Source: Escherichia coli
Lineage (GTDB): Bacteria > Pseudomonadota > Gammaproteobacteria > Enterobacterales > Enterobacteriaceae
Strand: one strand, 5' to 3'
Length of the DNA stretch: 64,000 nt
NCBI RefSeq assembly: GCF_024700885.2
Contig: NZ_CP117016.1
Below, piece after piece: positions 12,685-29,367 of this stretch (positions within the stretch are counted from its first letter, which is position 1; each line of letters starts with the position of its first letter). The notes below the pieces were generated by a model. The model ran no database searches. It was given only the letters and a program-made list of their open reading frames with translations, and had not been told where the DNA came from. Position numbers and translations under genes: made by a program.

Positions 12685-13924
12685 TCACTTCCATGACATG
12701 TGCGACCGTGTGGAACGAACCACACACCAGCACGGTATCTTCCGCTTTAGCGTCCGCCATTGCGGCATCCCATGCCTGCGCCACGCTATCAAATGATTTG
12801 CCGTTACCCAAATGCTCAAGCAGTTGTTCTGCCGTGGCACCGCGCGGCCCTTCCAGTGGCGCACAATACCAGTCATCAACCACGCTTTTCAACCAGGCCA
12901 GAGTTCCGGCAATATCTTTATCATGTAGCATACCGATAACCGCCAGTACGCGCCCGTTTTTCGGTAGCGCTTTCATACGCCCGGTGAGATATTCCGCCGC
13001 ATGTGGATTATGCGCGACATCAAAAATAACGCGTGGTGACTCGCTCACAATCTGGAAACGTCCCGGCAAAATTGCGCTGGCAATCCCGTCGCGAATGGCA
13101 TTTTCACTGACCTCCAGCCCGCTGGCACGCAGTGCCGCCAGCGCCGTTGCGGCATTCGGTTGCGGGACAAGCGGCAACGGCAGATTTTCCAGCGTGCCGT
13201 GAGCATCGCTAAACGCCCAGTCATGATCGGTGACGGAATAGTTCCACTCAACGCCCCGACGTTGTAACAGTGCACTTTTTTCCTGCGCCACATCAGCAAT
13301 GGTAGAAGGCATTTCCGGCTCACCAACAATTGCCGGTTTTTCGCTGCGGAAGATGCCTGCTTTCTCGCGACCAATGCTTTCGCGATCTGGCCCCAGCCAG
13401 TCGGTATGATCCAGCGCAATGCTGGTTACTACCGCAACATCGGCATCGACAATATTGGTTGCGTCCAGACGACCGCCCAGCCCTACTTCCAGAATCACCA
13501 CGTCAAGTTGTGCCTGTTTGAACAGCCACAACGCCGACAGCGTACCGTACTCGAAATAGGTCAGGGAAATATCACCGCGTGCCGATTCAATCTCCGCAAA
13601 AGAGGCGGTGTGGGCCGATTCCGGCAATTCCTGGCCCTGCACACGTACGCGCTCGGTATAACGCACCAGATGCGGCGAACTGTAGACGCCCACTTTGTAC
13701 CCTGCCGCCATCAGAATCGACTCCAGCGTACGGCAGGTGGTGCCTTTGCCATTCGTACCCGCAACGGTAAACACAAATGGCGCTGGTTTCAGAATGCCAA
13801 GACGCGCCGCGACCTGGCTCACGCGCTCAAGGCCGAGATCGATAGTTTTACTGTGCAGGTTTTCCAGATAAGAAAGCCACGAAGCCAGAGGCGACGCGGC
13901 TTGAGGAGTGCGTTTGATAATCAT
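12656..13924 (-). CDS. folC: Dihydrofolate synthase / folylpolyglutamate synthase
   Basis: 422-aa ORF recognised as FolC. Confidence 0.95.
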   Translation of the reverse strand: MIIKRTPQAASPLASWLSYLENLHSKTIDLGLERVSQVAARLGILKPAPFVFTVAGTNGKGTTCRTLESILMAAGYKVGVYSSPHLVRYTERVRVQGQELPESAHTASFAEIESARGDISLTYFEYGTLSALWLFKQAQLDVVILEVGLGGRLDATNIVDADVAVVTSIALDHTDWLGPDRESIGREKAGIFRSEKPAIVGEPEMPSTIADVAQEKSALLQRRGVEWNYSVTDHDWAFSDAHGTLENLPLPLVPQPNAATALAALRASGLEVSENAIRDGIASAILPGRFQIVSESPRVIFDVAHNPHAAEYLTGRMKALPKNGRVLAVIGMLHDKDIAGTLAWLKSVVDDWYCAPLEGPRGATAEQLLEHLGNGKSFDSVAQAWDAAMADAKAEDTVLVCGSFHTVAHVMEVIDARRSGGK

Positions 13925-13993
13925 GGTATCCGCTGATTCGTTACGGTGAGAATAGCAAAAGGGCAGAGCCAGTGGCCCTGCCCTTATCAGTTA

Positions 13994-14908
13994 TCAGGCC
14001 TCAGGTTCCTGATCTGGTACCGGTGGCACCACTACGCCTTCACGCGGCGCTTCAGGATTCGGCGCTGGCAGATTCATCAACTTCGCCAGAATACTCGCCA
14101 GTTTCAGGCGCATTTCCGGACGACGGACGATCATGTCGATCGCGCCCTTCTCGATCAGGAATTCACTGCGCTGGAATCCTGGCGGCAGTTTTTCGCGAAC
14201 GGTCTGTTCGATAACACGCGGACCGGCAAAGCCGATTAACGCTTTCGGTTCAGCGATGTTGAGATCGCCCAGCATGGCGAAACTTGCAGAAACACCACCC
14301 ATGGTCGGGTCGGTCAGCACGGAGATGTACGGCAAGCCGCGCTCCTGCATTTTTGCCAGCGCCGCAGAGGTTTTCGCCATCTGCATCAGCGACATCAGTG
14401 CTTCCTGCATACGTGCGCCACCAGAGGCGGAGAAGCAGATCAGTGGGCAGTTATCTTCCAGCGCCTGCTCAACGGCACGCACGAAACGTGCACCTACCAC
14501 AGACCCCATGGAACCGCCCATAAAGGCGAACTCGAATGCCGCAGCGACAACTGGCATTCCATACAGGGTGCCTTTCATCACCACCAGCGCATCTTTTTCG
14601 CCGGTTTCTTTCTGCGCAGATGCCAGACGGTCTTTATACTTCTTGGAGTCACGAAACTTCAGCACATCTTTCGGCTCAAGCTCGCTACCCAGCTCCACAA
14701 GGCTTCCTTCATCTAACAGGCTATGCAGGCGATTACGCGCTGTCATACGCATGTGATGGTCACACTTCGGACAGACCTCAAGATTACGTTCCAGCTCAGC
14801 GCGGTATAAAACCTGACCGCAGCTATCACACTTAGTCCACACCCCTTCAGGAATGCTCGCCTTGCGGGTGGGAGTAATGTTGCTTTTAATTCGTTCAATC
14901 CAGCTCAT
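13994..14908 (-). CDS. accD: Acetyl-CoA carboxylase carboxyltransferase beta subunit
   Basis: ORF recognised as AccD with Zn-finger CxxC...CxxC; start placed at MSWIERI (ATG 14906-14908), the track ORF carries a 28-codon upstream extension. Confidence 0.9.
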
Positions 14909-15063
14909 TAGGGACCTTTCTGTCTGAACCTGGTTCGATGCCAGTTTTATCTTTGGGGACGCATAATGCCATTTTTGCCCCCAACAGACCATGAATGTTG
15001 CACATTAAAACATAACAGCCCGAAACTTTGGATAAAAAAGTGGTCGAACCGCGGAGTTACTTT

Positions 15064-15723
15064 TTATTTTGCGGCGCGTGCCGCAGCGCGTTTGTGGCGA
15101 ATAAATTCGAAAACACCTGGCAATATTGAAACAAAAATAATGCCAACAATCATCAGTTTAAGGTTGCTCTGAATGAAGGGGAGCGTTCCGAAGAAATAAC
15201 CCGCGTAGGTAAAAATCAGTACCCATAGCAACGCGCCGATGACGTTAAAAGCGGCGAAATGACGATACGACATGTGGCCCATTCCCGCAACGAACGGCGC
15301 GAACGTTCTGACGATCGGCACAAAACGGGCGAGAATAATCGTTTTGCCGCCATGTTTCTCATAAAACTGATGAGTCTTATCAAGATAACTGCGACGAAAG
15401 ATTTTCGAATCCGGATTACTGAACAGTTTGTCACCAAATAACCGTCCAATGGTGTAGTTCACCGCGTCACCCACAATCGCGGCGATCAGCATCAGCACCA
15501 CCATCATATGGACGTTGAGATCGTTGGTTTCCAGTGATGCCAACGCACCGGCAACAAACAGCAATGAATCACCCGGTAAAAACGGCGTTACCACCAGACC
15601 GGTTTCACAGAACAAAATTAAGAACAAAATGGCATAAACCCAGACGCCATACTCCGCGACCAGTTCTGCCAGATGCACGTCAATGTGCAGGATAAAATCG
15701 ATGAGGAAATAAATCAGGTCCAT
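15064..15723 (-). CDS. dedA: DedA-family inner membrane protein
   Basis: 219-aa membrane ORF. Confidence 0.9.
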   Translation of the reverse strand: MDLIYFLIDFILHIDVHLAELVAEYGVWVYAILFLILFCETGLVVTPFLPGDSLLFVAGALASLETNDLNVHMMVVLMLIAAIVGDAVNYTIGRLFGDKLFSNPDSKIFRRSYLDKTHQFYEKHGGKTIILARFVPIVRTFAPFVAGMGHMSYRHFAAFNVIGALLWVLIFTYAGYFFGTLPFIQSNLKLMIVGIIFVSILPGVFEFIRHKRAAARAAK

Positions 15724-15805
15724 ATTAGCCTATGCCTTGTACTCGTCATCTTTCAGGCTGTAACTACGTTGGCTACAGCCTGAAATGTTCCGAGCATTAT
15801 TCTTG

Positions 15806-16618
15806 TTAGTCCGCCAGAAATAGCGGGCCCATTGGCGGTTTTGGAAGATCATACCGGTCAGGGTAATCCACCGCGACCAGATACAGCCCTTCCGCTTTTG
15901 CCGTTGCTGCCGCCAGCGTTCTGTCCTTTGCCGCCAGCAACTCTGCTATCCAGCTCTCCGGCTGGTTGTGGGCACCGACTTCCATCAGGCTGCCGACAAT
16001 ATTCCTGACCATATGATGTACAAAGGCATTCGCTTTGATATCTACCACCACATAAGGACCGTGACGCGTGACATTAATATGCATAACGTTGCGCCACGGG
16101 GTTCGGGACTGGCACTGCACCGCACGGAACGAGGTGAAATCATTCTCGCCCAGCAAGCATTGCGCAGCCCGATGCATCCGTTCAGCGTCCAGCGGTTCGT
16201 AAAAATGGGTTACCCCTTTACTCAGTACCGCCGGGCGCAGCCGATGATTGTAGATGATGTAGCGATAACGGCGAGCCGTGGCGCTAAATCGGGCATGAAA
16301 ATCATCAGGTACAGCTTTAACCCAACGCACGGCGATGTCACCAGGTAAATTCGCATTTACGCCCAACGTCCACGCAGCGTCTTTGCGCTGCGCGGTCGTT
16401 TCGAAATGCACAACCTGCCCGGTGCCGTGTACACCTGCGTCAGTACGCCCGGCGCAGAAGACGGTGATCGGTTCGTTCGCCACCTGGGAGAGCGCCTTTT
16501 CCAGCTTCTCCTGCACACTGCGGACTTCGTTCTGCCGTTGCCAGCCGTAATACTTACTGCCGTCGTACTCAATGCCCAGCGCAATTTTATAAACTGGCGG
16601 TTGTTGCTGGTCGGACAT
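15806..16618 (-). CDS. truA: tRNA pseudouridine(38-40) synthase
   Basis: 270-aa ORF recognised as TruA. Confidence 0.95.
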   Translation of the reverse strand: MSDQQQPPVYKIALGIEYDGSKYYGWQRQNEVRSVQEKLEKALSQVANEPITVFCAGRTDAGVHGTGQVVHFETTAQRKDAAWTLGVNANLPGDIAVRWVKAVPDDFHARFSATARRYRYIIYNHRLRPAVLSKGVTHFYEPLDAERMHRAAQCLLGENDFTSFRAVQCQSRTPWRNVMHINVTRHGPYVVVDIKANAFVHHMVRNIVGSLMEVGAHNQPESWIAELLAAKDRTLAAATAKAEGLYLVAVDYPDRYDLPKPPMGPLFLAD

Positions 16619-17631
16619 TAGTACAGATACTCCTGCACCAGTTTCTCGGCGATTTTTACTGCCATCAGCGCGCCGCCAAAGCGAACGTTATCGGCCACCG
16701 ACCAGAACTGAACTTGCTCCGGCATACCGTAGTCATTACGCACGCAGCCAACAGAAAGATGCGGCGTACCAGAAGCATCCCCCACCTGAGTCGGGAATTC
16801 GTTCTCTTCAGAGAGCACAATATCTTCGCCCTGAGCAAACGCATCACGCGCTTCTTCTGCCGCCAGCGGACGCAGAGCTTCAAAGTTGACCATCTGGGCG
16901 TGGCCGTAGAATACCGGTGCCTGGACGACGCTTGCCGAAATCATCAGCCCTTCGTCCTGCAGGATTTTGCGTACTTCGTCAACGATACGACGTTCTTCAC
17001 GCACGCTACCTTCGCTATCCGGCAGTAACGGCAGCATGTTGAACGCCAGCTGACGCCCGAAGAAATCTTCTTCATCAATCGGAATGCCGTTGAGCAATTT
17101 CGCACTCTGCCCCGCTAACGCATCGACCGCTTTTTTGCCCTGGGCGGAGGCTGAAATCAGGCTGGTAACGCTGATACGCGACAAACCGCCCTGATCGATT
17201 AACGGTTTCAGTGCCGCCAGCAGTTGGCTGGTCAGACTGTCCGGTACGGCGATGACATTCCGGTTGCGGTAATCGGTCAGTACAAACGGGTTTACTTCCG
17301 GCACCACCAGCGGTACGTCAGGTTCGAGAGCAAACAATCCGCTGCTATCGATCACCAGGCAACCTGAGTTGGTCGCTTCTTCAACCCAGGCAGCGGTAGC
17401 TTCTTTGCCTGCGACAAAAAACGCCAGCTGCGCCTGCGTCCAGTCGAATTCAGCGGCATCCTGCACGGTGATTGTCTTACCACCAAAGCGCAGTTGTTCG
17501 CCTGCGCTTTCGTTACGTGCCAGTGCATAAATTTCCCCAACCGGGAACTGACGTTCAGCCAGCGTTTCAAGCAGGGCTTCGCCCACAGCGCCAGTTGCGC
17601 CCAGGACGGCAATGTTCCAGCCTTCAGACAT
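16618..17631 (-). CDS. usg: USG-1 protein (aspartate-semialdehyde dehydrogenase homologue)
   Basis: 337-aa ORF with N-terminal GATGAVG Rossmann motif. Confidence 0.9.
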   Translation of the reverse strand: MSEGWNIAVLGATGAVGEALLETLAERQFPVGEIYALARNESAGEQLRFGGKTITVQDAAEFDWTQAQLAFFVAGKEATAAWVEEATNSGCLVIDSSGLFALEPDVPLVVPEVNPFVLTDYRNRNVIAVPDSLTSQLLAALKPLIDQGGLSRISVTSLISASAQGKKAVDALAGQSAKLLNGIPIDEEDFFGRQLAFNMLPLLPDSEGSVREERRIVDEVRKILQDEGLMISASVVQAPVFYGHAQMVNFEALRPLAAEEARDAFAQGEDIVLSEENEFPTQVGDASGTPHLSVGCVRNDYGMPEQVQFWSVADNVRFGGALMAVKIAEKLVQEYLY

Positions 17632-17696
17632 GGTGGTTTACTCCAGAAATAGCAAAGCTCCCTGCCAATATTACAGCAGAGAGCATGAAGAAGAGA

Positions 17697-18833
17697 TTAA
17701 CGTGCCGGATGATGAACGGCGTTAAAACCCAGTTTACACAGCAATGATGCCGCGCTGGCGTCATCACAAATTACATACAGAGATGACCATTCACGGCGCT
17801 CAAGATAGTTTTTGCGCAGCTTATCGAACTCACCCGGTATTCCGGCGACTTTACGCAGCGGTGCGTCATCGCGGCGCACATCATACACCAAATGCACCAG
17901 CCTTTTCAGCGTCGGTTGATCGAGCGGACCATGCAGCGTAATGCGGCCAAACTCTGGCGCGGGCAGCAACGTATCCAGCGCAACGTGTTGTTCATGCCCA
18001 ATAAACTTGCTATAAGCTTCAAACACTTGCGTAGTACCGCGTGCTTTACCTTCCAGGGTATAGCCTGCGATATGCGGCGTGCCGATATCCACTTTTTTCA
18101 GCAATTCCACGTTGAGTTCCGGTTCGCCTTCCCAGACATCCAGCACTACGCTTAACTTCTGGCCTTCGTTCAGACAGGTCAATAGGGCAGTATTATCGAC
18201 GACTGCGCCACGGCAGGCGTTAATCAGAATCGCTCCTGGTTTCAGGCTACGGATCAGTTTTTCATCCGCCAGATGCAGCGTTTTGTACGGCCCGTCTTTG
18301 AAGAGTGGCGTATGGAAAGTCAGAATATCCGCATGCTGAACTAATTCATCCAGCGAGCGGAAATCCCCCTCATCCCCACGGTCGGCGCGAGGCGGATCGC
18401 AAAGCAAGGTTTTGATCCCTAACGCTTCCAGTCGTGCCTGTAAACGGCGACCAACGTTACCAACGCCCACGATCCCCACGGTACGCTCGTGCAGTGAAAA
18501 TCCATCGCGTTCGGCAAGCATCAGCAGTGAGGAGAAAACATATTCCACCACCGCAATCGCATTACAGCCAGGTGCCGCGGAAAAACCAATTCCCGCCTGC
18601 TTTAACCACGCTTCATCGACATGGTCGGTCCCCGCGGTGGCAGTGCCAACAAATTTAATGGGTTTTCCTGCCAGCAAAGATTCATTCACTTTCGTGACCG
18701 AACGCACCATCAGCGCATCCGCGTCTGCCAGTTGAGCCACGGGGATTGGACGCCCGGGAACCGCGGTCACCTCACCCAAACGGCTAAATAAGTCGCGGGC
18801 ATAAGGCATATTTTCATCAACAAGGATTTTCAC
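17697..18833 (-). CDS. pdxB: Erythronate-4-phosphate dehydrogenase
   Basis: 378-aa ORF, D-2-hydroxyacid dehydrogenase family. Confidence 0.95.
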   Translation of the reverse strand: MKILVDENMPYARDLFSRLGEVTAVPGRPIPVAQLADADALMVRSVTKVNESLLAGKPIKFVGTATAGTDHVDEAWLKQAGIGFSAAPGCNAIAVVEYVFSSLLMLAERDGFSLHERTVGIVGVGNVGRRLQARLEALGIKTLLCDPPRADRGDEGDFRSLDELVQHADILTFHTPLFKDGPYKTLHLADEKLIRSLKPGAILINACRGAVVDNTALLTCLNEGQKLSVVLDVWEGEPELNVELLKKVDIGTPHIAGYTLEGKARGTTQVFEAYSKFIGHEQHVALDTLLPAPEFGRITLHGPLDQPTLKRLVHLVYDVRRDDAPLRKVAGIPGEFDKLRKNYLERREWSSLYVICDDASAASLLCKLGFNAVHHPAR

Positions 18834-18931
18834 GTTTGTGTTACCTGTATGAGACGAGAGTTAACCGGACAAGTGTGCCATAATCTCGCGGCCAGGCATA
18901 CTTGCGAAGATTTCAGGTATAAGGATACGTA

Positions 18932-21105
<2,174 letters not shown>

Positions 21106-21261
21106 TTACTCCAGAATGCAGCGCAAGGCGAGGAATTTCCCCGTCTCATCTCTCTGGTTTCAGAGTTACGGTGCGTTGGTAGGATTTAACGCGTACGTCT
21201 TTTCAGAAGGAAATCGACAAAGCGGGAAGTTTGCCTGGAACAGGCGGCGATTGTCAATAAT

Positions 21262-21291
21262 GTGAAAAAGGGAACCATCAGGTTCCCTTTT
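21262..21291 (-). terminator. Rho-independent terminator downstream of fabB
   Basis: Minus strand GGGAACC-tgat-GGTTCCC followed by TTTTT. Confidence 0.6.
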
Positions 21292-21297
21292 GCGTTA

Positions 21298-21372
21298 GTG
21301 TCGGATGCCGCATTGGCGCGTAATGTTGGATGCGACGCTGGCGCGTCTTATCCGACCTACTCCGGCCTACTG
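21298..21372. repeat. REP/BIME palindromic units between yfcJ and fabB
   Basis: gtcggatgc... and gcgtcttatccgacctac REP consensus seen. Confidence 0.75.
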
Positions 21373-21376
21373 CGAA

Positions 21377-22597
21377 TTAATCTTTCAGCTTGCGCATTAC
21401 CAGCGTAGCGTTGGTGCCGCCGAAGCCGAAGCTGTTAGACATAACGGTGGTCAGTTCGCGATCGGTCGTTTCGGTCACGATGTTCAGACCCGCAGCCTGC
21501 TCGTCCAGCTCTTCAATGTTGATGCTCGGGGCGATAAAGCCGTGTTCCAGCATCAGCAGAGAGTAGATAGCTTCCTGTACGCCAGCAGCGCCCAGAGAGT
21601 GACCGGTCATTGCTTTGGTTGCAGAAATCGCCGGGCTCTTATCGCCGAACACTTCACGGATAGCCGCCAGCTCTTTCACGTCGCCAACCGGAGTCGAAGT
21701 ACCGTGGGAGTTCAGGTAGTCGATTGGGGTATCAACACCGTGCATCGCCATCTTCATGCAACGCACTGCGCCTTCGCCAGACGGAGCAACCATGTCTGCG
21801 CCATCAGACGTTGCGCCGTAGCCAACGATTTCAGCGTAGATATGAGCACCACGTGCCAACGCGTGTTCCAGTTCTTCGACCACCACCATACCGCCGCCGC
21901 CAGCGATAACGAAACCGTCACGGTGAGCGTCATAAGTACGGGAGGCTTTTTCCGGGGTGTCGTTGTATTTGGTAGACAGCGCACCCATCGCGTCGAATTC
22001 ACAAGCCATTTCCCAGCACAGCTCTTCGCCGCCACCAGCAAACACGATGTCCTGTTTGCCCAGTTGGATCTGCTCTACTGCGTTACCGATACAGTGCGCG
22101 GAAGTCGCACATGCGGAGCTGATGGAGTAGTTAACGCCGTGAATTTTAAACGGCGTGGCGAGGCAGGCAGAAACGCCGGATGCCATCGCTTTGGTGACCA
22201 CATACGGGCCAACCGCTTTCAGGCCGCGCGGGCCGCGCATTGCGTCAGCGCCGAAAACCTGGAAACGCGGGGAACCGCCGCCGGAACCTGCAATCAGGCC
22301 AACGCGCGGGTTATTCTGGTAAGCTTCCGGGGAGAGGCCAGCATCTGCAATTGCCTGCTCCATAGAAAGGAATGCATAAATGGATGCGTCGCTCATAAAG
22401 CGCACAACTTTGCGGTCAATGAGGCCAGTGGTATCCAGTTTTACGTTGCCCCAGACGTGGCTACGCATGCCGGAATCCTTCAGCTCCTGAGAGAAAGTGA
22501 TCCCTGAACGTCCTTCACGCAGAGATGCCAGGACTTCCTGCTGGTTATTACCGATGCTGGAAACAATGCCCAGGCCAGTAATCACTGCACGTTTCAT
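21377..22597 (-). CDS. fabB: 3-oxoacyl-ACP synthase I
   Basis: 406-aa ORF recognised as FabB. Confidence 0.95.
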
Positions 22598-22644
22598 TCA
22601 ATACCTCTGTAAGTCGCACATAGAGTAAGTTTCGAATGCACAAT

Positions 22645-22662
22645 AGCGTACACTTGTACGCC
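22645..22662 (-). promoter_or_regulatory. FabR operator (palindrome AGCGTACACTTGTACGCC) in fabB promoter
   Basis: Palindrome read directly about 50 bp upstream of fabB. Confidence 0.6.
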
Positions 22663-22680
22663 GAACAAGTCCGATCAGCC
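22663..22680 (-). promoter_or_regulatory. FadR activator site in fabB promoter (minus strand GGCTGATCGGACTTGTTC)
   Basis: Matches the FadR consensus AnCTGGTCnGACnTnTT; adjacent to the FabR site. Confidence 0.55.
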
Positions 22681-22689
22681 AATTAATAG

Positions 22690-24762
<2,073 letters not shown>

Positions 24763-24780
24763 TCTGCTCTGGCATTGCTT

Positions 24781-24813
24781 GCCGGATATGGCGTGAACGC
24801 CTTATCCGGCACA
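24781..24813. repeat. REP palindromic unit between mnmC and yfcL
   Basis: gccggatatggcgtgaacgccttatccggc seen. Confidence 0.75.
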
Positions 24814-24817
24814 TTAC

Positions 24818-25096
24818 TTACTGCTGTGACGCCTGCTGAAACAGGTTTTCCCACATATCGGTCACCAGCGCCTGGTCACGCGGCGACAACTCACCGGCAC
24901 CAATCGCTTTTTCCAGACTCTGGCTAACGGTTGTATGTACCGCCTGGGCGGAGTGGTCATCACCACTTTCCAGTTCTGCGATGGCTAATGTCAGGTGGCC
25001 ACGCAAATACCCACTGGCAAACAACTCATCATCACTGGCATGGTCAACCATACCGTCGATTAATGCCAGAATGCGTGATTCAAACTCCGCGATCAT
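24818..25096 (-). CDS. yfcL: Uncharacterised protein YfcL
   Basis: 92-aa ORF in conserved position. Confidence 0.8.
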
Positions 25097-25129
25097 CTTC
25101 TTTCCTCATTGTAAAACGTGGCGCTGGCT

Positions 25130-25678
25130 TTAGTTGAGCGCTTCCGGCCACGGGAACTGTTCCGCCGTAAGTTCCGGCGTGTGATAATAATTTTGTAATG
25201 CTTTAATAAAGCGTGCCGGGCGTTCCGGAATGCCGTTTGCCAGGTAATCCATCACCTGTGCATGTACCCGCCGTTGAAACACCACGCGATCCGGTTCGAA
25301 ATCCCCTTCCAGATTGTCGCAACTGACATTAAACGGATATCCCGCCGCCACGCAGAACAACCAGTCGAACGCCTGTGGCTTCACTTCAACATCTTCAAAC
25401 TGGCTTTGCGTTTGGGCATCGCGTCCGTCCGGGCAATACCAGTAGCCGAAATCAACCAGCTCACGGCGCGCTTTCCCGGCAATACACCAGTGCGAAATCT
25501 CATGAATTGCGCTGGCATAAAAGCCATGAGCAAAGACGATTCGGTTATACGGTACTTCCGCATCAGCAGGAAGATAGATCGGTTCGTCGTCGCCTTTAAT
25601 CAGACGGGTATTAAATTCATCGGCAAAGCAGCTATTAAAAATCTCAATCAACTGCTCATAGTGGTGTGTACTGTTCAT
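25130..25678 (-). CDS. epmC: Elongation factor P hydroxylase
   Basis: 182-aa ORF recognised as YfcM/EpmC. Confidence 0.9.
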   Translation of the reverse strand: MNSTHHYEQLIEIFNSCFADEFNTRLIKGDDEPIYLPADAEVPYNRIVFAHGFYASAIHEISHWCIAGKARRELVDFGYWYCPDGRDAQTQSQFEDVEVKPQAFDWLFCVAAGYPFNVSCDNLEGDFEPDRVVFQRRVHAQVMDYLANGIPERPARFIKALQNYYHTPELTAEQFPWPEALN

Positions 25679-26487
25679 TAGTTCATCCCCAACCAGTGGA
25701 GGATCTCCTGTCCGTGGCTATCATAAAGTAATTTGGCACTCATCACCGCCGAGACGATAACAATCATCGGGCGGATCAGCTTTTGTCCTTTGCTCAACAC
25801 CAGTCGTGAACCCATGCGCGCGCCGAGGAACTGCCCCACCAGCATGACAAAGCCCGTCGCCCAAATCACTTTGCCGCCGAGAATAAACAGCAGCAGACCG
25901 CCAATGTTTGACGTTGCGTTGAGTAATTTGGCGTGAGCCGTGGCTTTGGCGAGGTTGAATCCGCACAGCGTAACAAAGGCCAGCGCGTAAAACGATCCCG
26001 CTGCCGGACCAAAGAAGCCGTCATAAAAACCGACGCAGCCACCGGCAATTAACGCGAAGGGTAAACCGTACATCCGGCGCTGGCGATCTTCTTCACCCAG
26101 CTTTGGCATCAGCAAGAAATAGAGGCCGATACAAATCACCAGAATGGGCAAAATCTGCCGTAAGACATCAGCCTGAACATACTGCACCAGCAATGCGCCG
26201 CTCATTGAGCCGACAAAGGTCATGGCGATATTGAGTTTCTGATCGCTTAAACTAACCACTTTGCGGCGAATAAAGTAGATAGTGGCGGAAATAGAACCAC
26301 CGCAGGCTTGCAGTTTATTGGTTGCCAGCGCGTTAGCGGGAGACATCCCCGCTGCCATCAATGCCGGAATAGTGAGTAACCCACCGCCACCGGCAATCGA
26401 GTCGATAAATCCCGCCAGCATGGCGACAAAAAAGAGAACTCCCAGCAACAGCGGGGAAACCATAAACAGGCTATTAAACGTTTCCAT
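25678..26487 (-). CDS. yfcA: TauE/SafE-family membrane protein YfcA
   Basis: 269-aa membrane ORF. Confidence 0.9.
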   Translation of the reverse strand: METFNSLFMVSPLLLGVLFFVAMLAGFIDSIAGGGGLLTIPALMAAGMSPANALATNKLQACGGSISATIYFIRRKVVSLSDQKLNIAMTFVGSMSGALLVQYVQADVLRQILPILVICIGLYFLLMPKLGEEDRQRRMYGLPFALIAGGCVGFYDGFFGPAAGSFYALAFVTLCGFNLAKATAHAKLLNATSNIGGLLLFILGGKVIWATGFVMLVGQFLGARMGSRLVLSKGQKLIRPMIVIVSAVMSAKLLYDSHGQEILHWLGMN

Positions 26488-27311
26488 TAGATCACGTGCT
26501 CATCCAGTAGCGCCTGGCAGGAAGGCGGCAACGGAGGCGGTGTCTTCTTCTCAGGCTTTGTTGTTCCCGGTTTTGGAGGTTCAAACCAGCTTTGCAGTTC
26601 TGCCCCGCAACCATCGCCCGGTGGCGGTAAAGGTTGATCTTCACACTCCAGACTATCGGCAGGACAACGTAATCGTACATGCATATGTGCGCGATGCTGG
26701 AACCAGGGTCGCACTTTGCGCAACCAGTCGCGATCGGTGCCCGCATCAAGGCAAAGTTGTTGTTTAATCGCCGGATTAACAAAAATGCGCGTGACGTCTT
26801 TGTCCTGGGCGGCGAGTTTGATCAAGCTGAAAATTTCTGGCTTCCACAGCGTCGGAACAACGTGTTTACCGTCGCGGGAAACTAAATCTAACGCTTGTGG
26901 GCGCAAGAGCTGCGCGGAGGTCCAGCGTGTTTTTGGCAGTTGCAGGAAGATGTCCACATCCAGTCCGGTCTGGTGGCTGGCGTGACCGCCGTTGAAACGA
27001 CCACCAGCAGGCATCCCCATATCGCCAATCAGCACCGTGCCCAAGCCCAGATTGCTCACCTGGCTACTCAGACGCTGGATAAACATCACCAGATCCGGAT
27101 GTCCGAAATAGCGACGCTGATCGGTACGCATGACCTGATAATGTTCGGACTGTATCGGCAGCGTGTCAGCGCCGACGATACAACCATTAGAAAAACTGCC
27201 TATCGATTGTGCGCTACCTGGCACAGGTTGGGTTATTTTTTGCCACGGCGTCGCTGCCAGGCTGGCGCTACTGGCAAGCAGGGCCAGCAGCGCAATCGCG
27301 GTTTTGTTCAT
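26487..27311 (-). CDS. mepA: Penicillin-insensitive murein DD-endopeptidase
   Basis: 274-aa ORF with signal peptide. Confidence 0.95.
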   Translation of the reverse strand: MNKTAIALLALLASSASLAATPWQKITQPVPGSAQSIGSFSNGCIVGADTLPIQSEHYQVMRTDQRRYFGHPDLVMFIQRLSSQVSNLGLGTVLIGDMGMPAGGRFNGGHASHQTGLDVDIFLQLPKTRWTSAQLLRPQALDLVSRDGKHVVPTLWKPEIFSLIKLAAQDKDVTRIFVNPAIKQQLCLDAGTDRDWLRKVRPWFQHRAHMHVRLRCPADSLECEDQPLPPPGDGCGAELQSWFEPPKPGTTKPEKKTPPPLPPSCQALLDEHVI

Positions 27312-27314
27312 TTT

Positions 27315-28400
27315 TTACCAGCGTGGAATATCAGTCTTCACATCGGCATTTTGCGCCCGTTGCCGTAACAGGTGATCCATCAAAACGATCGCCAGCATCG
27401 CTTCTGCGATCGGCACCGCACGGATCCCGACACAAGGATCGTGACGGCCTTTGGTGATCATCTCAACTTCTTCGCCAAAGCGGTTGATTGTGCGCCCTGG
27501 CACGGTAATGCTTGAGGTCGGTTTCAGCGCCATATGGGCAATGATTTGCTGCCCGCTGCTGATGCCGCCAAGAATGCCGCCCGCATGGTTGCTCTGGAAA
27601 CCGTCTTTGGTGATTTCGTCGCGGTTCTGGCTGCCACGCAGCGCCACCACATCAAAACCGTCGCCAATTTCCACGCCTTTCACCGCGTTGATGCTCATCA
27701 GCGCATGGGCGATGTCGGCATCCAGGCGGTCAAAGACCGGCTCGCCAAGTCCGGCGGGTACGCCACTGGCAACGACGGTGACTTTCGCGCCAATAGAGTC
27801 ACCCTCTTTTTTCAGCGCGCGCATCAGTTCATCTAACGCGTCGATTTTGTCCGGGTCCGGGCAGAAGAATGGATTTTGCTCGACCTGCGACCAGTCTTTG
27901 ATTTCCAGCGGAATGTCGCCCATCTGGGTCAGGCAGCCGCGAATCTCAATGCCAAATTTCTCGGCGAGATATTTTTTGGCAATCGCCCCCGCCGCCACGC
28001 GCATGGCGGTTTCGCGGGCGGAAGAACGTCCACCGCCGCGATAATCGCGCAGGCCGTATTTTTGTTCGTAGGTGTAATCGGCATGGCCTGGACGGAAAAC
28101 GTCTTTAATGGCGCTGTAATCCTGAGAACGCTGGTCGGTATTTTCGATCAACAAGCCAATGCTGGTGCCGGTAGTAACACCTTCAAAAACACCGGAGAGT
28201 ATTTTGACCTGATCCGGCTCGCGGCGCTGGGTGGTATAGCGCGATGTCCCAGGGCGACGACGGTCGAGGTCATGTTGCAGGTCCGCTTCCGTCAGCGGAA
28301 TGCCTGGCGGAACACCATCGACGATGCAGCCGAGCGCCAGCCCGTGCGATTCGCCGAAGGTGGTTACGCGAAAGAGTTGTCCAATTGTGTTTCCAGCCAT
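27315..28400 (-). CDS. aroC: Chorismate synthase
   Basis: ORF recognised as AroC ([20 protein letters not shown]). Confidence 0.95.
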   Translation of the reverse strand: MAGNTIGQLFRVTTFGESHGLALGCIVDGVPPGIPLTEADLQHDLDRRRPGTSRYTTQRREPDQVKILSGVFEGVTTGTSIGLLIENTDQRSQDYSAIKDVFRPGHADYTYEQKYGLRDYRGGGRSSARETAMRVAAGAIAKKYLAEKFGIEIRGCLTQMGDIPLEIKDWSQVEQNPFFCPDPDKIDALDELMRALKKEGDSIGAKVTVVASGVPAGLGEPVFDRLDADIAHALMSINAVKGVEIGDGFDVVALRGSQNRDEITKDGFQSNHAGGILGGISSGQQIIAHMALKPTSSITVPGRTINRFGEEVEMITKGRHDPCVGIRAVPIAEAMLAIVLMDHLLRQRAQNADVKTDIPRW

Positions 28401-28434
28401 CACGGCTCCGTTATTGTTGTGTTTGCGTGTTTAC

Positions 28435-29367
28435 TTAATCTTTATAAATCGCGAAATGTTCACGGGCCGCCAGCAGCTGCTCTTTGGTGAGCATAAACAC
28501 ACCATCGCCGCCGTTATCAAACTCCAGCCAGGTGAACGGAACATCCGGATATTGTTCCATAAGATGTACCATGCTGTTGCCGACTTCACAAATCAGCACG
28601 CCATCATCAGCAAGATAATCTGCCGCGTTACCGAGAATGCGACGCGTCAGTTTCAGGCCGTCGGTGCCAGATGCCAGGCCCAGTTCCGGCTCGTGACGGT
28701 ACTCATTTGGCAGGTCGGACATATCTTCCGCATCGACATACGGCGGGTTAGTGACAATCAGGTCGTACTGTACTTTCGGCAAATCACGGAACAGATCGGA
28801 GCGAATCGGGATGACGTTGTGGATCAGACCGTGTTCTTCGATGTTCTGTTCAGCAACCGCCAGCGCGTCGGGAGAGATATCTACCGCATCGACTTCCGCT
28901 TCCGGGAAAGCATAAGCACAGGCAATCGCAATGCAGCCGCTACCGGTACACATATCCAGAATGTGCTGCGGTTGCTTGCTGATAAGTCCGGCAAATTTAT
29001 TGTTGATCAGTTCACCAATCGGCGAGCGCGGCACCAGCACGCGTTCATCGACGTAAAATTCATGACCGCAGAACCACGCTTTGTTAGTCAGGTAAGCCAC
29101 CGGAATGCGTTCATTGACGCGGCGGATCACGCGTTCAACAATACGGTGTTTTTCGCTGGAGGTCAGACGCGCGGTGCGCATATCTTCCGGGATATCCAGC
29201 GGCAGGTAGAGCGAAGGCAACACCAGCTGTACGGCTTCATCCCACGGGTTATCGGTGCCGTGACCGTACCAGATATTTGCCGCGCTGAAGCGGCTCACCG
29301 ACCAGCGCAACATGTCCTGAATGGTTTGCAGCTCATTTACTGCTTCATCAACGAAAATTTTATCCAC
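28435..29367 (-). CDS. prmB: Ribosomal protein uL3 glutamine methyltransferase
   Basis: ORF with NPPY methyltransferase motif; start placed at GTG 29365-29367 ([10 protein letters not shown]), the track ORF is extended 136 codons upstream. Confidence 0.9.
   Translation of the reverse strand: MDKIFVDEAVNELQTIQDMLRWSVSRFSAANIWYGHGTDNPWDEAVQLVLPSLYLPLDIPEDMRTARLTSSEKHRIVERVIRRVNERIPVAYLTNKAWFCGHEFYVDERVLVPRSPIGELINNKFAGLISKQPQHILDMCTGSGCIAIACAYAFPEAEVDAVDISPDALAVAEQNIEEHGLIHNVIPIRSDLFRDLPKVQYDLIVTNPPYVDAEDMSDLPNEYRHEPELGLASGTDGLKLTRRILGNAADYLADDGVLICEVGNSMVHLMEQYPDVPFTWLEFDNGGDGVFMLTKEQLLAAREHFAIYKD

Noticed and set aside
9976..14756. Several long plus-strand ORFs (9976-10746, 12061-12642, 13406-13936, 14133-14756)
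   Set aside because: Each lies antisense within purF, dedD, folC or accD respectively; Arg-rich, no independent support.
14909..14992. Upstream in-frame extensions of accD (and similarly prmB 29368-29775, cscR 54361-54558, mnmC 22696-22755)
   Set aside because: Extensions arise from in-frame alternative start codons in the ORF track; the conserved protein N-termini begin at the downstream starts given in the feature list.
21305..22507. 400-aa ORF on plus strand
   Set aside because: Antisense to fabB across its whole length; Arg/His/Cys-rich composition typical of a reverse-frame artefact.
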